Source: Raillietiella orientalis
Lineage: Eukaryota
DNA length: 64,000 bases
Direction of reading: 5' to 3'
Assembly: GCA_036172245.1 (NCBI GenBank)
Contig: JAYWIR010000041.1
Coordinates: forward strand, 1,922,001-1,986,000
Shown: piece after piece, positions 38,919 to 48,215 of the stretch
Layout: each line of letters opens with the position of its first letter
Position numbering within the stretch: the first letter of the stretch is position 1
Notes under the pieces: generated by a model
What the model was told of the DNA's origin: nothing
Database searches by the model: none
What the model saw: only the letters and a program-made list of their open reading frames with translations
Position numbers and translations under genes: made by a program

Positions 38919-41018
38919 GTGATCTGCAAACACGCAGATCTGGCCCAACGTCTGCTCAAAACCCCCGTGGTGATGGGGACACGCAGGCTCCTTCCCATTA
39001 CGGCGGACCACAGTATGGTGGTCCACCTTTTAGGAGTTACCGCGCGGATGCGGAAAGAACAAGTACGCGCCGCGTTGGGAAAAGAAGGCACGGTACATGC
39101 AGTATGGACCAAGCCTAGTCCTTTCGAGGACTATACCACAGTTCAGTGCGGCCTCACGGCTGCCCGTGTAACCGTTTGGGAGGGCTCTACCCTTCCCCAC
39201 AAACTGGTGGTCGGCGGAGAAAGCGTCGACCTCTGGTACGTGGGGAAGCCCAAATACTGTGGCTTCTGCAACACGTCGGGACACCTCAAAAGGAGGTGCC
39301 CCAACGTACAGTGCCTGGTATGCGGGACAATGGGCCACACGAAGGAAGTGTGTCCACAATCCGCTGTGCGCGTGGTTTCCCCGAGGAACGTAAAAAAACG
39401 CGCGCGGCTGCTACAGAAAAGGCTGGCGGCGAAAGCTGCCGCTCAAGCTGTGCCACCCACTCCCGTGGTCCAGTCCTCAGCCGACACCCCGGCAACGAAT
39501 GCCGAAAAGATCGACAAAAGCGGTCAGGTGTCGGAATGGCAAGAAGCCACAGCGAAAAAGAAAAAGTCGAAGAAACAACGACGAATTGAAAAAAAGCTCG
39601 CCTACCAAAATAAAAAACAGCAGGTTAGCGAGAATTTAAAAGAATGCAGCGTCGTCGTGGAACGCGTTCCCGCCGAACGCCGCAAGGTAGAAATCGCTGC
39701 TACCGACGAGCAACCCACTGTTGAAAATGTCAACAGCGTGGGGAGCGAACCGGCGGAAGCGTCCGTCATCGAGACCGTGATCGATGACGCCGCCTTCGAG
39801 CGTGCCGCGGAGGAGCTGGCTGCATCGTTGCAGCCAGACCCCTCCAAGGCTGGCCCCCGAGTCCCTCTGAAGGACTTGTGCGCTCCGCGCCGGGACGGCG
39901 GTCTTGGCCTCCTGACGCTGGAGCGCGTTGAAATCCAGCTGCGGTGGCGAACCCTCGCCATCGCAGCGAAGATGTGGAGCACCCCTTGGTGCGTTCCGGC
40001 CCGCCTCCTCGCCAGGCGTGTGTCCCGATGCGAAGGACTCGCGTCGTTTCTTCTGTGCCCTGGCCGGAAGATTCGAAGATGCGGCCTTATCCTCGGACGC
40101 ATAGCAACCCTGGCGAAGGCGAACGGTTGGATGGTTTGTGGCCCCGCCAACTCCTCCGCCTGGCTGGAGGAGACTGCTGGCACCTGGGCCAAGCAGAACC
40201 GGAGGAGAGAAGACAATATGAACTGCCTGCGAATCGGCCCATACGCCAACCGCACCCTGCGGGAAATACTGGAATTTCCCCGGAGTCGCAGGTGGGCGTT
40301 GACGACCCCCCTTGCTACGGCGATGCCCTACCTCCTGAGGGCGCTTCAGGACCGCCAGAAGCCGAGGTGGCAAGTCTCCTGCCGGATCGCAGGCAGGGAG
40401 ATGTTAAGCGGCTGGACCACAGGAGAACTGGCGGACGCCACGACCCATAGCGTCCAGCCGCGAGGCTTGACGAGATGGAGCGAGCTGCTCGCCATCCCTA
40501 CGGATGTTCTGAAGTGGCCCCCGGTAATGAAGGAATCCAGGATCCTGCCCCTTAAGTGGCAAGAGTCGGCGTTGCTACTGCTGCACTGGGGTTTACCCTG
40601 CAACGCACGCCGCTTCCACTGGACAAGGGGAGCTGTGGATCCTGAGTGTGTCAGGTGCGGAGAGCGGGAATCGCTCTCCCACCTTATTGTGGACTGTGCT
40701 GCTCTCCGACCCCTCTGGGAACGGTTCGGGACGACCCTCGGGCTCCCTACGGGCAGCACCCCCAGAAACGTTCTTCGGCCCCTCTTCGTGAAGGACGCAC
40801 TGCAGCCAGCCGCAGCCATCGCAGCCTTGTGTTGCGTCCGTGGCATCGTGGCGGCATGGAGCGACGCCAACAACGGAGGAGTGGGTCCACACGCGAGGGA
40901 TGTCATCCCATATGCCCAACGCTTCTTGCGGAGAGCTGCCGGATGGCCCCAACTGGGGAATATGCGGATGGACCTCGAGGGCTTCTTTCAACGGATGGGC
41001 CCTCCTCACAGCGAGTAG
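38919..41018 (+). CDS. Chimeric ORF: LINE ORF1 (2 CCHC) fused in frame to the ORF2 C-terminal domain of a nested copy
   Basis: 699-aa open frame. It switches from ORF1 (..QPDPSKAG) to ORF2 (PRVPLKDLC..) exactly at the TSD 39841-39854. Expression unknown. Confidence 0.6.
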   Translation: MICKHADLAQRLLKTPVVMGTRRLLPITADHSMVVHLLGVTARMRKEQVRAALGKEGTVHAVWTKPSPFEDYTTVQCGLTAARVTVWEGSTLPHKLVVGGESVDLWYVGKPKYCGFCNTSGHLKRRCPNVQCLVCGTMGHTKEVCPQSAVRVVSPRNVKKRARLLQKRLAAKAAAQAVPPTPVVQSSADTPATNAEKIDKSGQVSEWQEATAKKKKSKKQRRIEKKLAYQNKKQQVSENLKECSVVVERVPAERRKVEIAATDEQPTVENVNSVGSEPAEASVIETVIDDAAFERAAEELAASLQPDPSKAGPRVPLKDLCAPRRDGGLGLLTLERVEIQLRWRTLAIAAKMWSTPWCVPARLLARRVSRCEGLASFLLCPGRKIRRCGLILGRIATLAKANGWMVCGPANSSAWLEETAGTWAKQNRRREDNMNCLRIGPYANRTLREILEFPRSRRWALTTPLATAMPYLLRALQDRQKPRWQVSCRIAGREMLSGWTTGELADATTHSVQPRGLTRWSELLAIPTDVLKWPPVMKESRILPLKWQESALLLLHWGLPCNARRFHWTRGAVDPECVRCGERESLSHLIVDCAALRPLWERFGTTLGLPTGSTPRNVLRPLFVKDALQPAAAIAALCCVRGIVAAWSDANNGGVGPHARDVIPYAQRFLRRAAGWPQLGNMRMDLEGFFQRMGPPHSE

Positions 41019-41243
41019 TGATCCCTTCCCTGCCCTCCAACTTCTTTTTGTTTGTTTATTTTTTATTTTTCTTTTTGTTTTACCCCCATCCCCCTTCGCT
41101 GCTGAGGAACGCTATGCCGGGCTGCGTCCCGGCGTCCCGTCAGGTCCCGTGCGTATGGCCGTGAGCGGGGCCTTGTACCGCGTATGCAGAGTTTTTTTTT
41201 TTTTTTTTTTTAAATAAACGCCCCGGGCGTACCCGGGTGTAAA
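39855..41243 (+). mobile_element. Young 5'-truncated LINE nested in ORF1 of X
   Basis: Perfect 14-bp TSD cctccaaggctggc (39841-39854, 41244-41257). Open frame to the ORF2 stop, full 3'UTR and terminus. Confidence 0.95.
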
Positions 41244-41625
41244 CCTCCAAGGCTGGCAAAAAGGCAGTTAGGCGTCCGGCCTCCACCGAGGAGTCGGTAC
41301 CTTCCGACCCCGAGGCGCAGGCCGGAAACGAAGTTTCCATCTCCGCGGCACCCCGCCGGAAGGCTGGAAGGAAGTCCAGCAAACCCCGGAAAACCCTTCT
41401 CCAGGCCGAAGGCGTGGAGATGACTTCCGACTGCGAGGGTGCCATGAGCGTGGGAGAATCCCGGGAATCGTCACCCGAGAGACCACCACGCACAGACACG
41501 GAGGAGATGGAGGGGGTTGAAGCCGGAAAGGTACCCAAGGTGCCTGAGGAGGCCGAAACCCTAATGGTCATCTCACCCGCCTCGGAAGAGGCGGGTTCCC
41601 CCACACCGTCATCTTCCCGGCAGTA

Positions 41626-43958
41626 ATCCCGGGAATCTCCTCCCGCCGTCGTCTGCGCATCGCCGTATGGAACGTAAACGGCATGACAGAGGCCGGCAGG
41701 AGACGACACATGGCCGCCATTCTAGGATCATTCGACCTTGCGCTGCTGCAGGAGATCCATGTGATCTCTACAGAACAAGCGCAGGAGATCGAACGCATCT
41801 CTGGAGGGCGGCTGTGGTATCGGTGTGGAAAATCGAGAAGTTGTGGTGTCGCCTACCTGCTTCGGCCCGCCGTCGAGGCCGCGGTCCGTGGCGGGCCGAT
41901 CACGGTCGTGTCGGTCAGCTGACTCTCAGTTGGTCCGACTCGATCGACCTGATCGTCACGAACGTTTACGCCCCGAGCGGAGCGGACCTGACGAAGAGGA
42001 GGGCCAGGAAAGGATTTTTCCTTGCCCTCCGTCGCGACTGGTTGACCGAGGCAGGCGTGCGGAATGCCCATCTGGTTGCAGGCGATTTTAACATTCGCCT
42101 GAAACCGGATGGGCCGAATCACGAGCGGGACCTGGTCAACGAGGTGTGCACGGCGGTGCACACTTGTAATTTGTTGGCCAGTGTACCAGGGATGGAGGAC
42201 AACATCGATCACGTGTTCCTTGACGAGCACCTGTGCACTCGTGTGGGCAGGCGCTGCAAGTTACCGTGCGAGTTGTCCGACCATCGACCAATCGTGGTTG
42301 AAATCCATCCGCGCGACAGGGGCCCCCCCTCGTCAGCGTGGCGTTTGCCAGGGGACTGGCTGAAGCTCCCGGACGCGACGGAACATCTCCGCACGTTTAT
42401 ACGGAGCTTTAGGATGCAGACACTCCAGGATTGGGACCGCTTCAAACGGTCGGTCCAGGAGTTCTGCGACCAGTTCCCTCTGCACCGCCTACCTGCGGGA
42501 TTTGGGGACGGGGTACGTAACGAACGAGCCTACCTGCAGGCCCGTCGTTACGCCAGGACCCCCGACATCCGCAGGCTGGCGGAATACAAAGCGGGAGCCG
42601 AGAGGCAAGCCTGGCAGTCCGGATCGGCCAGCTTACTGGACGATCAGGGCCAGGAGCACTCGGCACCTGCCCAAATCCGCGGCCTGCTGCGGAGTTACTA
42701 CTCCTCCCTGTATGCCAGGGCACCTCCGGAGAGGAACGTCTCACGACTCCTGCTTCCGGAAGGCGCTCCAGCGATCGGGGAGGAGCAGAGAAAGACCCTC
42801 GACGAGCCTTTCACGATGGACGAGATCATCTCGGCCATCGGAAAGCTCAAGAGGCGCAAGGCTCCAGGGGAGGACGGCCTGTCCGCGGAGTTTTATCAAA
42901 CTTTCGCGGCTGAACTAACCCCCCTGGTACATCAACTCACCTTGCTGATACGCGAGACAGGTGACGTTCCCGCCTCGTTTCGTTCGGCAAAGGTGCGGCT
43001 CCTCCCTAAGGGAGGAGATCTGAGGAGCATGAACAACTGGCGTCCCATCACAATAGTGAATGCGGATGCCAAGTTGATAGCTAAGGTTTGGGCTGAGCGC
43101 TTGGGACGGGTTGCAAACGCCTTCATCAGCCCGGAACAGACGTATGCTGTTCCGGGGCGAACCATGGAGGCGAACCTGTTCCACGCTTCCACCTGGCTAG
43201 AGCTCCAACACGAAAGGGGCTTGATGCGCACCGGGAATTCCGGTGAGTCCGTTAGCCATGTGACGGATGGTCGGATGGGGGAGGGAGCACTTGCGGTCGC
43301 TGTCGACTTGCGTAAAGCATTCGACTGCGTCGACCAGAATCTCCTGCTGGAGCTTCTGGAACGCTTGGACTTCTCGGCCTCATTATTGGTCTATCTGCGC
43401 TCCAGCTGGCGCGACGCGCTCATCAACGTTTCTTTCAGTGGGCAAACCGTACACGGCGTGCCGGTGCGTCGTGGGATACGGCAGTGAGACAGCCTGACTC
43501 CCTGGCTCTACAGTACCTACTTTGAGTTGGTACTGAGAGCGTACAGGGAAACTCTGGCGCACCTGCCGCACGACTGCGTTGGTACGCCGGCGATTTCAGA
43601 GAACGCGGACGACCTTCTGCTTCTGCTCCCCATGTCCACCCCGGCTTCGGTGATCGAGGAGTTCTTCGATCTGCTGAGCCACGGGACCGGACTTACGGTG
43701 AACAGGGCGAAGTCGTCCGTGATGCCAGTTGACGCGGCGTGGGCAGGGCAGCAGGACTGGGTCCGTTTGGGAATCCTTACGGTGAGATACTTCAAGTACC
43801 TTGGTGTGCCGTTGGGGGACTATTCCGCTGCAGAAGCGTGGTCCGGCTGCCTCCAAAAAGTAGATACGGCGATCGGCCCGTTCCAAGGCGACAGGTTTTT
43901 CCTGCCGGAACGGGCCTCAGTTTGGAACACGTTCGCGGCTCCTCTCCTCCGCCTCCAC
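41626..43958 (+). pseudogene. LINE ORF2 (APE endonuclease + RT) of X
   Basis: WNVNG, LLQE, NVYAP, AGDFN, IDH, SDH, KAPGEDG, WRPIT, DLRKAFD. Stop at 43485-43487, YADD changed to NADD, frameshift at about 41890. Confidence 0.9.
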
Positions 43959-43966
43959 CGTGAAAA

Positions 43967-44385
43967 TCGAACGCTTTGTGCAGATCGACTGCGATCGCTA
44001 GAACCCCCTTCCCTCCCGGTCGTCCCTTACTTGCCGCGCTGGCGCTTCCAAATCAGGGTTGCCGACATTCCGTCTTTCCTTCTTTTCTTCGCGTTGCACA
44101 TGGAACCATGTGCTGGCGAAGAACAGGTTAGCCTCCATACTTCGCCTGGGAACAGCGCAAGTTTGCTCCGGGCTAAGTACGGATTCGGCTACGTGTCCGA
44201 GCCGCGCAGCCCACAGTTTTGCAACCAACTTGACGTCCGTGTTCACGACCGTGATCAAACGCCAGTTGTTTAACTTACGAAGGTCTCCTCCCTTAGGAAG
44301 GAGCCTCATCCTAGCTGACCGCAACGAGGCGGGAACATCGCCTTCTTTCCGGATCAGCTGTGTCAACCTAAGCACCAAGGGGATC
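43967..44385 (-). pseudogene. RT N-terminal part (probable 5' continuation of W) ending at KAFD
   Basis: GDVPASLRSA..LLPKGGDL..NWRLIT..PEQ..VDLHKAFD. Confidence 0.85.
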
Positions 44386-44834
44386 ATCGTGCGGGACGCC
44401 CTGCAGCCAGCCGCTGTGGTAGCAACGCTCAGCTGCATCCGCGGTATTATGGAGGCTTGGAGTGGATCCGACGAAGCAGAAGATGTTAACGGAAGGGATG
44501 TCATGGAGTATGCAGCTCGATTTCTGCGAATAGCAACCCGATGGCCCCACCTGGGAAATCTGCAGAGGGACCTCGTCGGCATCCTGCAAGGAATGGAAAC
44601 TCCACGCAGCGGACGGTGATCCCTTCCCGGCCCTCCAAAGAACTATGGTTTTGTGTTTTCAGTTTCTTTTATTTTTATTTTTGTTTTCCCCATCCCCCTT
44701 TGCTGACGTGGAGTGTCAAGTCGGTCCGTGCACCGACCACCCGACAGCTCCATAGACTTATTGGCCGCAGCGGGGCCTTGTACCGCAAATACCGAAAGTT
44801 TTTAAATAAACGCCTCGGCCTGACCGGGTGAAAA
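44386..44834 (+). mobile_element. Short 5'-truncated LINE
   Basis: VRDALQPAA..CIRGI..RFLRIATRWPHLG, 3'UTR, terminus ccgggtgaaaa. Confidence 0.85.
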
Positions 44835-44965
44835 CATCGGGTGCCGGTTCATCCCCCTCATTCTTGGTCCGGATGCGCCTTCTGGGATGCTGGGACTTGC
44901 GACCCGTCTTCTTAGGTGGCGCCTCCGCTGAGGAGGACGCACTTCCGGCATCAAACAGGTGGAAG

Positions 44966-45617
44966 TTTTCACCCGGTCACGCCGGGGCGTTTATTACTAA
45001 ACACTTTACATTTGTGGTACTAGGCCCCGCTACGGCCAATATTTCATGGGACCTGCCAGGAAGCCGGTTCTGAGGCCGGCTTGTCTCTCCTCGGCAGCGG
45101 AGGGGATAGGGGGTAAAACCAAAAAAAAAATAAATGAAATAAACAAAAAGAAACTATTTGGAGGGGCGGGAAGGGATCACAGCCTGCTGGAGGAAGAGAC
45201 CATCCTTTTCAGGATGCCCTCGAGGTCCCTCGTCATAGCTCCCTGATGGGGCCTGCCGATCGCGATTCGCAAGTAGCGACCAGCGTGTACGATAGGGTCC
45301 CGATCGCTGCTTTCCTCCGTTGGCTGCGCTCCATGCAGTCACAATCCCTCGGGGGAAGCAGAGCGCTGCCAGGGTTGAGGCTGGTGGCAGGGCGTCTCGC
45401 ACGAAGAGGACTCTCACAACGTCTCTGGGGGTACTGCCGACCGGCATCCGGAGGGTCGTAGCAAAACGTTCTCACAAGGGCCGGAGGGCAGCACAGTCCA
45501 CTAACAGATGGGGGAGGGATTCCTTCTCCCCGCACACTGCACAGTTCTGTCCCACGTTCCCCAACGTCCAGTGGTGGCGGCGCGCGTTGCAGGGAAGACC
45601 CCAGTGCAACAACAGCA
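44966..45617 (-). mobile_element. 5'-truncated LINE with a perfect TSD
   Basis: 13-bp TSD aaacaggtggaag (44953-44965, 45618-45630). Zinc-finger region, 3'UTR and canonical terminus. Confidence 0.92.
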
Positions 45618-46197
45618 AAACAGGTGGAAGCATGGAACAGGTTCGCCTCCATGCTTCACCCGGGAACTGATGAAGCATATGTCTGTTCCGAGCCGATGAA
45701 GGCGTTTCTAACCCGTCCCAGACGCTCTGATCACAACTTTGCTGTCAACTTGGCGTCCGCATTCACTATTGTGATCGGACGCCAGTTGTTCATGCTCCTT
45801 AGATCTCCGCCTTTAGGGAAGAGCCGCAACTTCGCCGAGCGAAACGAGGCGGGAACATCACCTGTTCCGCGGATCAGCAAGGTAATTTCATGTACCAGGG
45901 GGATAAGGTCTGCTGCGAAAGTCTGATAAAACTCCGCCGGCAGGCCGTCCTCCCCCGGTGACTTCCTCTTTGTGAGCTTCCCGATTGCGGTGATGATTTC
46001 ACCCCTTGTGAAAGGCTCGTCCAGGCATTCTCTCTCCTCCTCTCCGATCACCGGAGCGCCATCCGGAAGCACAAGCTGAGAGAATTCCCTGTCCGGAGGC
46101 ACCCTGGTGTACAGGGAGGAATAATAACTGTGCACTAATGGCGGTGGCCGCATCGCCACATAAGCTCACCACCTGCTATCTTTTCGATCTCTTGCGC
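45618..46197 (-). pseudogene. LINE Z fragment (APE remnant + RT N-terminus)
   Basis: RAQEIEKIAGGELMWRCG, then a deletion to SYYSSLY..KSPGEDG..WRPIT..MEANLFHAST. Confidence 0.85.
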
Positions 46198-46315
46198 TCG
46201 CACAGTGCAGACGTGTTTTCGCGTCTCTCCGCGTCCGCGATCGAGCATCGTTGTGCGTGCGTTTTCGCTTGCACTTGTGTGTTTCTTGGAAGTGGACGAA
46301 GCAGCGTTGTGCACC

Positions 46316-48215
46316 ATGGCCACTTCTAAGAATGGTGTGGAGGAGACAGCCGTTGAATCCAATTCAATTGGAATGGAAGCGGCCGCATCCTCCGTGACGA
46401 TTTCCTCGCCTTCGGTGAGGAGCTACGCCGCTGTCACCTCCCAGGGAGCAGGACCCTGCGATGCGGAGTTGCAGGCTTATGTGGCATCCGGCTACATGCC
46501 CGCACTCCGTTAGAAGGTCAGTGGGTCCCTTAACGGGAGGACCGGGCGTTAGCTCAACGATGAGCTCGTCCGGATCGGCGTTCGGGAGGAGGAGCTCCTT
46601 GCCATCATGCCTGCGGGCAGGATGGAATACACAAAGATACGGTGCAAAAACGCGGCACTTGTGCAGCGTCTTCTCCGTACTCCGTTGTCCATCGGTGGCA
46701 AGGAAGTCCTGCCTTCCGTGATGGACGACTCGTTTGTCGTCCAATTGTGCGACATCGAGCCGGAAATCTCCGACCGCGATGTCGTAAGTGTGCTGGCGAA
46801 GTTCGCCACCGTGCACGCTCTGTGGAGGAGGCCAAATCCTCTAAAGGATTTCCCCTCTGTCCACATTGGACAAGCCTCCGCGCGGATCACCGTCGCGAAC
46901 AGGCGTGTTGTGCCCGAGCAGCTGCAGGTGAACGGCACGGTCGTTCACCTGTGGTTTATAGGGCAGAGTCGCACGTGCGAGCAGTGCGGCAAGGAGGGAC
47001 ACCGAATGAAGGAATGTCCCACCCCGAAATGCCGCTATTGCAAAGAAACCGGGCACGAAATAAAAAAGTGCCCGGTCCTTGCAAAGAAAAGGGCAGCAGC
47101 GGAAGTTCGTCGCATTCAAGAGACCAACGCACGAAAGGCCGCTGCCCCCAAGAAAAAGCAGTGTCCGCGTAGTCTTGGCAAAAGAGCCAAGCAATACGCG
47201 GCAATACAAAAGGCGTCCCCGCCCGCAACGCCCCAAAAGGGAGAAATCGCGGCGGGGAAGCCAATTAAAAAGGGGCGCGAGGGTTCGACACGTGCCGTGC
47301 CCGCCCTCGCTGCCGTACTGGGAAACACCTCTCCAAGCCAGGAACCGGGAAATATCCGAAGAACCTCGGTAGGAAAGGTAGGTGAGCAAGGAGATCGCCA
47401 CAGGGCGAAGACTTCCAGCTCCAACCCGCTGTCCCTTCCCAAACCGGCAAACCCCCAATCCAACGTAGGGGTCTCTGCGGCGGCTATGAAACTTGTAGCA
47501 AGCCGCGGCGCGCCGCGCAAAAACACGCTGCATGCATCCGCCCCTTCACCGACTCGGCAAGAGAGGAGCAATCTCCCGACTGCCAAGGTGAATCCGCTGC
47601 CTCCTTTTGAAGGCGTGGCGAAAGCGACGCCCCTAGAAGCGGCAGCGAAAACTCCGGAGGTTTCCGAGACGAAAGTCGCGGAAGCGTCCGAAAATCGTGA
47701 CGGAGAATGGAAGGTTGTGCAGAGGAGGAAAGAAAAATCTCCCAAGAAGGCTTCGCAACCTCCATTCGCGAGCTCTTTGAAGGCAAAGAACAGCCGCGTG
47801 AACAAGAAAACACGCGCGGAGGGTTCTTCTGCCCAGGAAAAAGCCAGCGCCGTCAACGCTTGCAAGTCCGCCTCTGTGACCGCCGAGAAGACGATTCCGG
47901 TGCGATCGGACGGATGCAAACGCACGTCGATCGTGCGAGCATCAGACTCCGTGAAGGAGTCCGATAACGCCGCTGAACGACGAGTTACTCGCGCCGGAGC
48001 GAGCGCCCGCAGGGCTGAAGCCCTGAGGCGTGACACACGCCGAGGAAAGGCGAGTGCTCACCCCGGAACCCACAGGTTCTGCACCCGGGGAGGAGCACTC
48101 GATTACGCGCAGAACGGTGGAGGCCGGTGGCGACCGCGCCCTCCAGCCCGTCGTGCTGCTTACTGCCCGCTCGCCGGGTGAGGCGAGCACCACGGCCTCG
48201 CTTTCCCAGCCGTGA
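46316..48215 (+). pseudogene. ORF1 of Y (two CCHC zinc knuckles, basic low-complexity C-terminus)
   Basis: CEQCGKEGHRMKEC and CRYCKETGHEIKKC. One premature stop (46513) and two apparent frameshifts. Confidence 0.88.

Larger units (their letters stand above)
38416..43966 (+). mobile_element. LINE X: 5' end, ORF1, ORF2 with a 3' internal deletion; inserted antisense at KAFD of W and carrying a nested insertion
   Basis: 5' GCGGACGTG. ORF1 ATG 38509 to TAA 41626. ORF2 about 41626-43958. Residual terminus gtgaaaa at 43960-43966. Imperfect TSD tcgaaagctttacg (38402-38415) / tcgaacgctttgtg (43967-43980). Confidence 0.85.

Noticed and set aside
41095..41190. 3'UTR structure as a known ribozyme (HDV, hammerhead, twister)
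   Set aside because: I could not fit the conserved cores by eye. Kept as an unassigned structure.
44380..44840. catcg as TSD of the 44386-44834 element
   Set aside because: Only 5 bp, far below the 11-14 bp seen elsewhere. Probably chance.
47116..48036. 306-aa antisense ORF in Y (ORF0-like?)
   Set aside because: Expected shadow of low-complexity GC-rich ORF1. The similar antisense ORF at 7011..7781 shares no evident sequence.
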